Assembly: GCA_963707655.1 (NCBI GenBank)
Contig: OY970172.1
Coordinates: forward strand, 352,001-416,000
DNA length: 64,000 nucleotides
Source of the DNA: an uncultured bacterium
Lineage (GTDB): Bacteria > Babelota > Babeliae > Babelales > Vermiphilaceae
Reading direction: 5' to 3'
The notes beneath the pieces were generated by a model. The model made no database searches and was not told the DNA's origin. It saw nothing but the letters and a program-made list of their open reading frames with translations. Position numbers and translations under genes: made by a program. This document shows positions 1-9,993 of the stretch, one piece after another; within the stretch, counting starts at the first letter, position 1; each line of letters begins with the position of its first letter.

Positions 1-237
1 GAGCGGTGTAAGCTTTTTGACCAGACGCAGCGGAAATAGGCGTGCAACGATTAATGCGGCAATGCCGAGCCCCAAGCCAATCAGCTGTTTTTTAAGAAAA
101 TAAAATGCGCTGCTATGCTTTTCAAGCGCGAGCATTGAACTTGCTGAATAAATAAAGAGCAAGCCAATGACAATAAGCATAGTAGTGATAATAAGAAATA
201 TGCGCAGGTCAGATGAGATTTTTTTGTTGGCGATCAT
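1..237 (-). CDS. ftsW: FtsW/RodA-family SEDS protein, 5' part (runs off window start)
   Basis: Manual translation from ATG at 237: MIANKKISSDLRIFLIITTMLIVIGLLFIYSASSMLALEKHSSAFYFLKKQLIGLGLG. The GLxxIYSAS...YFLKKQ pattern is typical of FtsW; same strand as and downstream of murD. Confidence 0.85.
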   Translation of the reverse strand, partial: MIANKKISSDLRIFLIITTMLIVIGLLFIYSASSMLALEKHSSAFYFLKKQLIGLGLGIAALIVARLFPLRLVKKLTPL

Positions 238-503
238 GTATCACTTTTTAAGTAATAGTTTGTTTTTATTTATCCTAAAAGAGTGTTTCTCCTTTTGTCA
301 ATCATGTGATGGCCTTTTGATATCCCCATGATCACATGCATAAAAGATGTGTACAAGATGAATGTTTGAATATAAAAAGCTCCCATTTTTTCAATGAGAA
401 ATGGGAGCTTTTTATGCATAAATAAGGTATAATATATGAAATCTCATTGCGCATGATAATGCCGGATGCGTTATTAAAGCAGGCATCTTTTTGAGGAAGC
501 AAT

Positions 504-908
504 ATGCAAAAAAATAAAAAAAGTATTCTGAGTATATTATTTATGTCCGGGTTATTGGCACATGTCAATTCTGACGCCATGGACGGTGGGCGGCGCGCGC
601 GAGAATTCAGTATAGCGCTGTTTAACGATTATGATGACGCGTGCATACACGTTGAGTTGGGCGACTATACTATACAAGATGGGTCTTGCGAAATAATCGG
701 CTTGTTTCATGATAACACAAAATACTTGAACCTGATCGGGCAAAGCGGAAGTCGGCAGAGAATAGGTTTGCGTGCAGCGGAGCGTCACGCAGGATTGAAG
801 AATAAAGTGTTTCCGGTTGACGCAACCATGATTTTTGCCCTGAGTGAGCAAGAAATTATCATGGTAGCTACCACCGATATGTCAGCAGTAATTTATCGCA
901 TCGAATAA
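504..908 (+). CDS. Hypothetical secreted protein
   Basis: 134-aa ORF; basic N-terminus, hydrophobic stretch, then ...NSDA-MD. Confidence 0.65.
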   Translation: MQKNKKSILSILFMSGLLAHVNSDAMDGGRRAREFSIALFNDYDDACIHVELGDYTIQDGSCEIIGLFHDNTKYLNLIGQSGSRQRIGLRAAERHAGLKNKVFPVDATMIFALSEQEIIMVATTDMSAVIYRIE

Positions 909-926
909 CTTAGATAAGAAATTTTT

Positions 927-1325
927 ATGAAAAATAAAGTAACTGTTGTAATAACCATGTTATTGAGCGGTGGAATGGCGCATGCAATGGATGTGGCGTC
1001 AAAAAACGCACTTGCCGGCATGGTAACCATAACGATAAAAAACAGCTCTGTGTACAATATGCAGATTGATGACATGATTCGTGAACCACATATTATCAAG
1101 CCAGGCAAACAGGAAAGTGTGGTTTTGATGCAAAAGAAAAAAAGTTTTGCACTATCTCAGTTCACCGACCAAGAGACAACGCGAGGAATATTTAAAGTTA
1201 TATTCCCTAAGAAAGCTCTCGATGAGAGAAACTTTACTGTGGCAGCTGAAATCCTTCTGGATATGCAGCCAAAATCATCTATCTCCAATCTATCAGAGAA
1301 CGTGCGCGTTGTTCGAAAGAAATAG
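927..1325 (+). CDS. Hypothetical secreted protein
   Basis: 132 aa; Sec-type signal MKNKVTVVITMLLSGGMAHA-MD. Confidence 0.7.
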   Translation: MKNKVTVVITMLLSGGMAHAMDVASKNALAGMVTITIKNSSVYNMQIDDMIREPHIIKPGKQESVVLMQKKKSFALSQFTDQETTRGIFKVIFPKKALDERNFTVAAEILLDMQPKSSISNLSENVRVVRKK

Positions 1326-1360
1326 AAATATACCGATAAAAATACGCTATAGTTGTTGTG

Positions 1361-2719
1361 CTATAAAGTATTTTTGCTCATTCGAGCAATCAATTCTTTA
1401 AACCGCGTCCCTCGCTCTTCGTAATTTTTAAATAAATCATAGCTGGCACCCGCAGGTGAAAATAGCACTACATCTCCTGATTGTGCTGTTTTTACACATT
1501 GCTCAACGGCAGCCTCAAGGGTTTCAAAGGGGCTGCTCTTAATGCCGTTTTCTTGTGCCACGTGATGCAGCATTTCTGCCTCTTTGCCAAAGCAATAGAG
1601 CAACTTTACCTTGCCTGCTAGCTCTTCAATAAAGGGTGAGCGGTCAACTCCTTTGCTTATGCCGCCAACAAAAAGGATAACCGGTTTATCAGTAAAATTA
1701 TTCAGTGCTGCCAGGGTTGCAGCAGGAACGGTAGATTTTGAATCATTATAAAAGCTGACTCCATTGACGGCCGCAAGTGGTTCAAGGCGGTGTTCAGGCA
1801 TGTTTAATGTTTTGTTGCGTGTAATGAGATCTGTGATGGGCAGTTTAAGAGCATGCAGCGCGGCAACGATGATGAGCCAGTTTGCAGTAAATGATACGTT
1901 GGGCAGTACATCACAATGGCATAATATGGTGAGCGTTTCATGTTTTTTAAAAACAATTTCATTGTTTTCAATATAATAGAGGCCATCTTCACTCAATAAA
2001 TCGTCATACTCATGTGGCGGTGTAACGCTGAAAAAGAGTAATGGTCGCTTGGGTACAATAGCGCGGATACGGGGCAGTAACTCAAGAGGCACCAGGGCAA
2101 GATCACTGGCTTTTTGGCGCACTAAAATTTGTGCCTTTGCTTTAAAATATTCTTCACTCGTCCCGTGCCTATCAAGATGGTTGAGGTGAAAATTGGTCCA
2201 TAATGCCAGGCTTGGAGCAAATGCTGCGCACTGTTCAAGCTGAAAGCTAGAAACTTCAAGCAGGGCGCAGTCGGCGTTATTGCGCTCTTGCAGTAAATCA
2301 AGCATGCCAATGCCAATATTGCCGCCGGTTGCTACGCGCATTGGTTCTGATAAAAGTTGTGAAAGAAGGTGGGTGACAGTGGTTTTACCTATCGAGCCGG
2401 TGATGGCGATGATTGGTTTTTGCCAAAAGCTGGCGAAAATATCAAGCTCAGTAATAAATTTTTGCTGATACTTCTCATGCGGTCGCAGATCAATTCCCGG
2501 GCTTGCCAAACAATAGTCATGTTCGGCAAGGAATGCCTCAACATTATCTTGAGCATACTGCAAGGCATCGTGTTGATTGAGAAACTCTATTTCTTGAAGA
2601 GAAAGTTCTCTGTTGTCCATCACATCAACAGCGATCCCCCGGTGATAAAAAAAACGCACTGCCGCTTTTCCTGCCACCCCAAGGCCCCAGACGCCGATTT
2701 TTTTTGAGATAAATTCCAT
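1361..2719 (-). CDS. murD: UDP-N-acetylmuramoyl-L-alanine--D-glutamate ligase
   Basis: GLGVAG, SPGI, AITGSIGKTT, GGNIG, EVSSFQL, HLDRH, YNDSKST, SPAGASYD motifs. Start placed at MEFISKK (2719), because the longer ORF overlaps the ileS start. Confidence 0.95.
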   Translation of the reverse strand: MEFISKKIGVWGLGVAGKAAVRFFYHRGIAVDVMDNRELSLQEIEFLNQHDALQYAQDNVEAFLAEHDYCLASPGIDLRPHEKYQQKFITELDIFASFWQKPIIAITGSIGKTTVTHLLSQLLSEPMRVATGGNIGIGMLDLLQERNNADCALLEVSSFQLEQCAAFAPSLALWTNFHLNHLDRHGTSEEYFKAKAQILVRQKASDLALVPLELLPRIRAIVPKRPLLFFSVTPPHEYDDLLSEDGLYYIENNEIVFKKHETLTILCHCDVLPNVSFTANWLIIVAALHALKLPITDLITRNKTLNMPEHRLEPLAAVNGVSFYNDSKSTVPAATLAALNNFTDKPVILFVGGISKGVDRSPFIEELAGKVKLLYCFGKEAEMLHHVAQENGIKSSPFETLEAAVEQCVKTAQSGDVVLFSPAGASYDLFKNYEERGTRFKELIARMSKNTL

Positions 2720-2813
2720 AATTTTTATTGCACCTACCTGTTTTTTTGTTGTTTGGAATAGTATACTGAAACTGTTTAAAAAAATAGATAAAAAAAGTAT
2801 AGGATTCTTTTCC

Positions 2814-5762
2814 ATGGCAAATCATGAAGAAAATGTACCCAAAGTAAGCTTTAAAGATACGCTCAATTTACCACACACCGATTTTCCTATTCGAGCTACT
2901 CCCGCTATTGATGATCCGGCAATGCTTAAACGCTGGGAAGAAGAAAAGCTATCTGAAAAAACTTTTACCCATAATGAAGGTAAAGAAAAATTTATTTTGC
3001 ATGACGGACCTCCCTACGCGAATGGTAATATTCATATCGGCCATGCGTATAATAAAATTTTAAAAGATATTGTGTGCAAGGCGGAGCGCATGAGCGGCAA
3101 GCACGTGCCGGTAACACCGGGATGGGATTGCCATGGCTTGCCTATTGAATTTAAAGTATCTGCAGCCAATCCCGATGCGAACCCAACAGAGCTAAAAAAG
3201 AAATGCCGCGAGTACGCGCAAAGCTGGATTGATATACAGCGCGAAGAATTTAAAAAATTGGGCGTTTGCATGGATTGGGATCACCCTTACCTGACGATGA
3301 ATCACGAATATGAGGGATCAATCGTAGAGGCCTTTGGCAGATTTGTTGCGGGTGGCTATATTGAACGCAAAAATAAAACAGTGCCGTGGTGCGCATCATG
3401 CAAAACAGTATTGGCTACCGCAGAGATTGAATATCAAGAGCGCAAGGACCCGTCTCTGTATGTTGCATTTCCTCTTGAGCAGCGGGTGACTGATGCATTG
3501 ATTCCGGCGCTGCGGGGTAAACAAGTGAATGTTGTCGTCTGGACAACCACACCATGGACATTGCCATTGAATCGCGCTGTCCTTATACGACCAACTGCTC
3601 AGTACAGTGTCTTGGCCCTGTCTGCAAACACGTACGGCATCGTAGGATCGAAACTCGCCGATAAGTTCTGTGCGCTTCTGGGCATTGAGAAAAAAGTTAT
3701 AGCTGAACTTACCGCTGATCAATTTATTAAAGAAAAAGCAAAAGTTCATCACCCGTTTATTGATGTCCTTGTTCCCGTTATTCCCTCTGACACTGTTTTA
3801 GAAGATGACGGTACCGCTTTTGTGCATTGTGCCCCCGGATGCGGGCCCGAAGACTATGAGACCGGCATTAAGCATAATCTTGAAATTTTTTCTCCTATCA
3901 CGGTTGATGGTAAATACACCGCAGAAGTGATTCCTGCAGATTTGCAGGGAATGTCTGTGGCAGATGGGCAGATTTGGGTTATCAAAACATTGGCTGCGTC
4001 AGATAAATTACTATTTAAAACAAGCATTAAACACTCTTATCCGCACTGTTGGCGCTGCCACAATGGCCTTATTTTCCGTGCAACCAAACAATGGTTCTGC
4101 GATTTGTCAAAGAACGATTTAAAAAATAAAACATTGCACGCGATCGATACCATTACCAACTATCCGGAAAAATCAAAAAATAGGCTGAAGGCAACGGTGG
4201 AAGGGCGTCTGGAATGGTGTTTGTCGCGCCAGCGTATTTGGGGAGTACCAATTCCGGCGTTACTGTGTGCTTCATGCGATTGTACCTATACCAATCAACA
4301 ATTTATCGCTCATGTTGCGAAGCAGATTAAAAAAGAGGGAGTCGAATATTGGGATCGCGCCACATTAGAAGATCTTTTTGGCAATGATCGTTTGCGCTGT
4401 CCGCGCTGCTCGCAAGAGAATTGGATCAAAGAAAAAGATATTCTTGATGTATGGTTCGATTCGGGCATTAGCCATTTTGCGGTGCTTGAGAAAAATCCGG
4501 CGCTCCGTTTCCCTGCCGATATTTATTTAGAAGGCAAAGATCAGCATCGTGGCTGGTTCCAGAGTTCATTGCTCACCGGTATGGTGCTTGAAGATACAGC
4601 CCCCATGAAAGCAATTCTTACCCATGGCTTCACGGTGGATCAACAGGGAAGAAAAATGTCAAAATCATTGGGCAATGTCGTGTCGCCCGAACAAATGATT
4701 AAAGATTTGGGGACCGATGGGTTGCGTCTGTGGGCCGCGAGTATCGATTATGCAGATGATGCAGTTGTATCGCCCGTGCTCCTTGCTAATGTAAAAGAAG
4801 TGCTTCGTAAAATACGCAACACCTGCCGCTTCTTGCTTTCCAATCTGTATGATTATCATCATGAAAAAGACGCGTTGGCCTATAATGATCTCCTGCCAAT
4901 CGATCGACTCGCGATTGAGGAATTGCACCGCTTTAATGAAAAGATGGTGGCATTATATGAAAAATATGATTTCACCGCTCTATTTCATGGTCTTGCTGAT
5001 TATTGCTCAAGCACATTGAGTTCATTTTATCTTGATATTATTAAAGATCGTTTATACGTAGAGCAAAACAATGGTGTGTTGCGCCGTTCTGCGCAAACAA
5101 GCTGCTGGTATATTCTTGATACTTTGACTCGACTAGTTGCGCCAATTTTATCTTTTAATGCTGAACAAATTTCTGATTTTTATCAAAAAGGTAAAAAACA
5201 GTCTATTCATCTGCAATCATTTGCGTATATCCCCTCATTAATTGAGTTGTTGGCTCACAGCAATATGCTTGCAACCCCCCCTAGCCGACCACGCGGGTCA
5301 GAGATCGAGCGGGCAAAGACGCGCTTGGCAATTGATACTATTGCCCTGCAAGAGCAGTTGGTGATGTTTGATATGCAGTGGGATACGCTCAAAGCAATGC
5401 GCTCAGCAGTATTAAAAGCCATAGAGCAGCTGCGCGAGAAGGGAATTATTAAGCATTCATTAGAGGCGAAAGTAACCCTTTATTTTGATGCGGCTGCGCC
5501 ATGGAACGACGCGCTACGAGAATTCATTAATGCATTAAAGCGCACGGCGCAAACAGAGATGACCTTCTTTAAAGAATTTCTCATTGTTTCGCAGGTAACT
5601 TTTGCACAAGATCATCAAACATTACAGTCAACCGATGTTGCCGGTTTTTTTGTTGGTGTTGAAGTTGCGCAGGGTAATAAATGCCCGCGCTGCTGGAATT
5701 GGGATCAGACAAATGATGTTGATCATCTGTGCAATCGGTGTATGAAATTGATAAGAAAATAG
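2814..5762 (+). CDS. ileS: Isoleucine--tRNA ligase (type 1)
   Basis: LHDGPPYANG, HIGH, PGWDCHGLPIE, WTTTPWTLP, KMSKS, and C-terminal CPRCW...LCNRC zinc module. Confidence 0.98.
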   Translation: MANHEENVPKVSFKDTLNLPHTDFPIRATPAIDDPAMLKRWEEEKLSEKTFTHNEGKEKFILHDGPPYANGNIHIGHAYNKILKDIVCKAERMSGKHVPVTPGWDCHGLPIEFKVSAANPDANPTELKKKCREYAQSWIDIQREEFKKLGVCMDWDHPYLTMNHEYEGSIVEAFGRFVAGGYIERKNKTVPWCASCKTVLATAEIEYQERKDPSLYVAFPLEQRVTDALIPALRGKQVNVVVWTTTPWTLPLNRAVLIRPTAQYSVLALSANTYGIVGSKLADKFCALLGIEKKVIAELTADQFIKEKAKVHHPFIDVLVPVIPSDTVLEDDGTAFVHCAPGCGPEDYETGIKHNLEIFSPITVDGKYTAEVIPADLQGMSVADGQIWVIKTLAASDKLLFKTSIKHSYPHCWRCHNGLIFRATKQWFCDLSKNDLKNKTLHAIDTITNYPEKSKNRLKATVEGRLEWCLSRQRIWGVPIPALLCASCDCTYTNQQFIAHVAKQIKKEGVEYWDRATLEDLFGNDRLRCPRCSQENWIKEKDILDVWFDSGISHFAVLEKNPALRFPADIYLEGKDQHRGWFQSSLLTGMVLEDTAPMKAILTHGFTVDQQGRKMSKSLGNVVSPEQMIKDLGTDGLRLWAASIDYADDAVVSPVLLANVKEVLRKIRNTCRFLLSNLYDYHHEKDALAYNDLLPIDRLAIEELHRFNEKMVALYEKYDFTALFHGLADYCSSTLSSFYLDIIKDRLYVEQNNGVLRRSAQTSCWYILDTLTRLVAPILSFNAEQISDFYQKGKKQSIHLQSFAYIPSLIELLAHSNMLATPPSRPRGSEIERAKTRLAIDTIALQEQLVMFDMQWDTLKAMRSAVLKAIEQLREKGIIKHSLEAKVTLYFDAAAPWNDALREFINALKRTAQTEMTFFKEFLIVSQVTFAQDHQTLQSTDVAGFFVGVEVAQGNKCPRCWNWDQTNDVDHLCNRCMKLIRK

Positions 5763-5792
5763 TTTTCGTTTATAAAATGGAAAGATCTTCTC

Positions 5793-6383
5793 ATGGATTA
5801 TAAATTTTATGGCATGGCGTTGTTGTTTTTATCATGTGGCGCTACGCAGGCAATGGACAATCATCGTCCTCCGATGCAGCCGACAATTAATCTGCCGCTT
5901 GCTTGTGCGGGGCACATACAACCATGCGTGAAGGGATGGAAGTCCCTTTCTGATAAAGAACCAGAAAATTCTTTAGTTCTCGATAGTTTAGGGCGTGGCT
6001 CGTCTACATGGCATGATCGGGACGATGAAACAGTCTACTCTTCGCGTCAAACCATTAAAAATTGTTCAGATTCATATGTTATAAACTATACAAAAGATGG
6101 ACAGGACAATGAATTGAAAATTGGAGATAAACCAACATATTTAGCCCTGAATGCAAATAAAACAATATTGTTGGTTGAAGGCATTGAACTGGCAGTTGAG
6201 TCTGGGGACTGGTGCGATCTTGTTGCTGTGGTTTTAGCAACAAACAAACTATACAAACTTGATGAATATAACGGATCATGTGCCAGTTTTAAACATGCAA
6301 TTGGATTCGATGGAAACAAAGCAGTGGCACATTATAATTTTACCCGTCAGGAATGGGATCTTACTTCTCTCTTGCCGGAATAA
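5793..6383 (+). CDS. Hypothetical secreted protein
   Basis: 196 aa; signal peptide ending ATQA-MD. Confidence 0.7.
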   Translation: MDYKFYGMALLFLSCGATQAMDNHRPPMQPTINLPLACAGHIQPCVKGWKSLSDKEPENSLVLDSLGRGSSTWHDRDDETVYSSRQTIKNCSDSYVINYTKDGQDNELKIGDKPTYLALNANKTILLVEGIELAVESGDWCDLVAVVLATNKLYKLDEYNGSCASFKHAIGFDGNKAVAHYNFTRQEWDLTSLLPE

Positions 6384-6417
6384 GATTTGATACATCCCAC
6401 CCAAACAAAATCAATCT

Positions 6418-6457
6418 AAAGAGAGCCCCTGTTGCAAAAAATGGGGGCTCTTTCTTT
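6418..6457 (+). terminator. Rho-independent terminator
   Basis: GAGAGCCCC...GGGGCTCTTTC stem followed by a T-rich tract, after the 5793-6383 gene. Confidence 0.7.
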
Positions 6458-6546
6458 GTTCATTACGATCTCTATGCATGATCACTTCATAGCATATTTG
6501 AGTTGTTTTATATATTCAATGTGAAATTATGCAAGTCCATGGCTTT

Positions 6547-6575
6547 TTGACTGTTTTCATATATTTTTATAAAAT
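6547..6575 (+). promoter_or_regulatory. Sigma70-like promoter of the zinc-finger array
   Basis: TTGACT-17 nt-TAAAAT about 70 nt upstream of ATG 6647. Confidence 0.55.
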
Positions 6576-6646
6576 ATTATTTGTTAGTAATTTTGCTCAG
6601 ATAAAGAATAACTAGAGCCAGAAAATAGAATTGCAAGGACCTTAAG

Positions 6647-7804
6647 ATGAAAAAGACATTATTCGTCATCCTATCGCTGGCTTGCCACAGTTGCTGGGCG
6701 ATGGTCGCAGTTGAAGACGCCCCATTCGGTCAGTTGGCTCTGTTTGACCATGGATTTCAACCGGGTACACCGCTGCCACCCGTTGGAGAAGGGGATGAAC
6801 TTGCACAATGGGCGATGCGGGAGGCAGTTTCTACGCCTGATGCAGCAAACAGCATCGATGCAGTATTGTCTGCAGAGCAAAAGAAAGAAGTCTCTGCTCT
6901 TCATGCAGCATCTTTGGTTACGGTAAAAAAAGGAATGAAAAAGAGAAAAATAGCGAGAAGCGCGCTGTGGTGCGAGGAATGCAGATGTCGGGCAGTAAAT
7001 CTGAAGAACTTTGATCTGCACAAGCAAAGCAAGGGCCATTTAGAAAAAACAGGGCAGCCGTTACCACATTGGTCAGTATACAATTTCACCTGCGCACCAT
7101 GTGAATACGGGTCGTTTCGTAAGCAGGACTTGAATGCGCACATGCTCAGCAATTCTCACCTAATACAAACAGGACAATCGTTGCCGGATTGGCAAGTACA
7201 TAAATACAGATGTAAAACATGTAAATATGGAACGAGCAAAAGAACAGCCATGGATATCCACCTGCTCAGCAAGAGCCATTCAGAAAAAACGGGACAATCG
7301 TTATTAGATTGGTCAACATATGATTTTGCCTGCGAACCATGTGAATATGGAACTTGGAAAAAAGATCACTTCGATCTGCACATGCTCAGCAAGAGCCATT
7401 TAAAAAAAGTGGGACAATTGTTATCAGATTGGCAGGCATGTAAATACAAATGCGAAATATGTGAATATGGCATCGCTCAAAAAGTAAAATTTAATGAACA
7501 CATGCTAAGCAAAGGCCATTTAGAGAAAATAGGGCAATCGTTGGCGTGGGATGCATATCAATATAAATGTGCACCATGTGAATATGGAACCCCGCTGAAA
7601 AGAAGCTTGAATGCACATATGCTCAGTAAGGACCATTTAGAAAAAACAGGACAATCGTTACCAGCTTGGTCAGAATATGATTTTACCTGTGCACTGTGTA
7701 AATATGGAACTCCGCATAAAAGTAACTTAGATAGGCATATGCGAAATAGTAGGCATAAGAAAGCTTATTTGAAATCAATTGAAGTCCTGATTAGGAAAGA
7801 ATAG
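6647..7804 (+). CDS. Secreted tandem C2H2 zinc-finger protein, 7 fingers (array gene 1)
   Basis: Signal peptide MKKTLFVILSLACHSCWA-M; KKGMKKRKIAR basic patch; seven C-x2-C-x12-H-x5-H units with 39-40 aa period. Confidence 0.9.
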   Translation: MKKTLFVILSLACHSCWAMVAVEDAPFGQLALFDHGFQPGTPLPPVGEGDELAQWAMREAVSTPDAANSIDAVLSAEQKKEVSALHAASLVTVKKGMKKRKIARSALWCEECRCRAVNLKNFDLHKQSKGHLEKTGQPLPHWSVYNFTCAPCEYGSFRKQDLNAHMLSNSHLIQTGQSLPDWQVHKYRCKTCKYGTSKRTAMDIHLLSKSHSEKTGQSLLDWSTYDFACEPCEYGTWKKDHFDLHMLSKSHLKKVGQLLSDWQACKYKCEICEYGIAQKVKFNEHMLSKGHLEKIGQSLAWDAYQYKCAPCEYGTPLKRSLNAHMLSKDHLEKTGQSLPAWSEYDFTCALCKYGTPHKSNLDRHMRNSRHKKAYLKSIEVLIRKE

Positions 7805-7844
7805 TTGAGGCCGCAATAGTAATCGCAAGGAAAATAATAAGATG
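7802..7844 (+). repeat. Conserved intergenic spacer of the zinc-finger array (copies near 8881-8923, 9965-9996, 11149-11191)
   Basis: TAG(C/T)T(A/G)AGGC..AATAGTAATCGCAAGGAAAATAAxAAxATG recurs between genes and contains an AAGGA ribosome-binding site. Confidence 0.85.
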
Positions 7845-8852
7845 AAAAAGATATTACTCGTTATTCTATTGCTGGCTTGCCCCAGCTGCTGGGCGATGGT
7901 TGACGTTGAATACGCTCCATTCAGTCAGTTGGCTCTGTTTGACTATGGATTTCAACCAGACGCGGCGTTACTAATGGAAGAAGAGGGGAATGAGGACGAA
8001 CTTGCTCAATGGGCAATGCGGGAGGCAGTTTCTGCCCCCGATGCGACGAACAGCAATGATGCAGTATTGTCTACAGAACAAAAGAAGGCAGTCGCCGCTC
8101 TTCATGCGGCATCTTTGGTTACCGTAAAAAAAGGCATGAAACAGAGAAAAATAGCGAGAAGCAAGCTGTGGTGTAAGGAATGTAAATATCGGGCAGAGAG
8201 GCCGGTTGATTTTGATCGGCACAAGCAAAGCAAGGGCCATTTGGAAAAAATAGGACAGCCGTTGCCACATTGGTCAATATATGAATTTACCTGCGCGCCA
8301 TGTGAATATGGGGTCGTACGTAAAAAGGATTTGAATACACACATGCGAAGCAAAGGGCATTTAGAAAAAACGGGACAATCATTGCCAGATTGGCAGGCAT
8401 ATGAATTTACGTGCGCACCATGTGAATATGGAGCTTTGCAAAAAGCAACCTTGAATCTGCACATGCGGAGCAAGGGTCATTTAGAAAAAACAGGACAATC
8501 GTTGCCAGCTTGGCAAGCATATGAATTTACTTGCGTACCATGTGAATATGGGGGCGTGCGTAAGGAGGATTTGAATGCGCACATGCAAAGCAATTCCCAC
8601 CTAATAAAAACAGGACAATCGCTACCAGATTGGCAAGCATATGATTTCACCTGTGCCACATGTAAATATGGAGCCTTGAAAAAAACAACCTTGAATGACC
8701 ACATGCAAAGCAAAAGCCATTTAGAGAAAATAGGGCAATCGTTGGCGTGGGATGCATATAAATACAGATGTGAAACATGTAAACATGGCTTCTTGCAAAA
8801 AGGGCATTTTGATAGACATATGCGCAGTAAGAATCATAAAAAGCTTATTTGA
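7842..8852 (+). CDS. Secreted tandem C2H2 zinc-finger protein, 6 fingers (array gene 2)
   Basis: Same architecture; six fingers; C-terminal tail frameshifted relative to paralogs. Confidence 0.9.
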   Translation: MKKILLVILLLACPSCWAMVDVEYAPFSQLALFDYGFQPDAALLMEEEGNEDELAQWAMREAVSAPDATNSNDAVLSTEQKKAVAALHAASLVTVKKGMKQRKIARSKLWCKECKYRAERPVDFDRHKQSKGHLEKIGQPLPHWSIYEFTCAPCEYGVVRKKDLNTHMRSKGHLEKTGQSLPDWQAYEFTCAPCEYGALQKATLNLHMRSKGHLEKTGQSLPAWQAYEFTCVPCEYGGVRKEDLNAHMQSNSHLIKTGQSLPDWQAYDFTCATCKYGALKKTTLNDHMQSKSHLEKIGQSLAWDAYKYRCETCKHGFLQKGHFDRHMRSKNHKKLI

Positions 8853-8920
8853 AAGCATTGAAATCCTGACTAGGAAAGAATAGCTAAGGCCGCAATAGTA
8901 ATCGCAAGGAAAATAATAAA

Positions 8921-9967
8921 ATGAAAAAGACATTATTCGTTATCCTATTGCAGGCTTGGCCCAGCTGCTGGGCTATGGTTGACGTTGAAGACGCTCCATT
9001 CAGTCAGTTGGCTCTGTTTGACCATGGATTTCAACCAGACGCGGCGTTACTAATGGAAGAAGAGGGGCATGAGGACGAACTTGCTCAATGGGCAATGCGG
9101 GAGGCAGTTTCTACACCCGATGCGGCGAACAGCAATGATGCATTACTGCCTACAGAACAAAAGGAGGCAGTCGCCGCTCTTCATGCGGCATCTTTGGTTA
9201 CCGTAAAAAAAGGCATGAAAAAGAGAAAAATAGCGAGGAGCGAGCTCTGGTGTAAGGAATGCAAACATCGGGCAGTAAATCTGTATAACTTCGATCTGCA
9301 CAAGCAAAGCAAGGGCCATTTAGAAAAAACAGGACAACCATTACTCCATTGGTCAGCATACAATTTTACCTGCGCGCCATGTGAATATGGGGCGCTTCGT
9401 GATAAGGACTTGAATGTGCACATGCTAAGCCGTTCTCACCTAATAAAAACAGGACAATCGTTACCAGATTGGCAAGCATATAAATACAGATGTGAAACAT
9501 GTAAATATGGAGCTTGCAAAAAAACAACCTTCGATGTGCACGTGCACAGCAGGAGCCATTTAGAAAAAACAGGACAATCGCTGCCAGATTGGCAAGCATA
9601 TGAATTTACGTGTGCACCATGTGAATATGGAAGCCCGCAAAAAAGTAACTTGAATTTGCACATGCAAAGCAAAGGTCATTTAGAGAAAATAGGGCAATCG
9701 TTATCAGATTGGCAAGCATATGAATTTACTTGCGAACCATGTGAATATGGGGCCGTGCGTAAGGACGATTTGAATGCACACATGCACAGCAGGAGCCATT
9801 TAGAAAAAACAGGACAATCGTTACCAGATTGGTCAGCATACAATTTCACCTGTGCACTATGTGAATATGGAACCCCGTATGAAAATGACTTAGATAGACA
9901 TATGCGCAGTAAGAAGCATGAGAAAGCTTATTTGCAATCAATTGAAGTCCTGACTAGGAAAGAATAA
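8921..9967 (+). CDS. Secreted tandem C2H2 zinc-finger protein, 6 fingers (array gene 3)
   Basis: Same architecture; six fingers. Confidence 0.9.
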   Translation: MKKTLFVILLQAWPSCWAMVDVEDAPFSQLALFDHGFQPDAALLMEEEGHEDELAQWAMREAVSTPDAANSNDALLPTEQKEAVAALHAASLVTVKKGMKKRKIARSELWCKECKHRAVNLYNFDLHKQSKGHLEKTGQPLLHWSAYNFTCAPCEYGALRDKDLNVHMLSRSHLIKTGQSLPDWQAYKYRCETCKYGACKKTTFDVHVHSRSHLEKTGQSLPDWQAYEFTCAPCEYGSPQKSNLNLHMQSKGHLEKIGQSLSDWQAYEFTCEPCEYGAVRKDDLNAHMHSRSHLEKTGQSLPDWSAYNFTCALCEYGTPYENDLDRHMRSKKHEKAYLQSIEVLTRKE

Positions 9968-9993
9968 ATAGTAATTACAAGGAAAATGATAAG

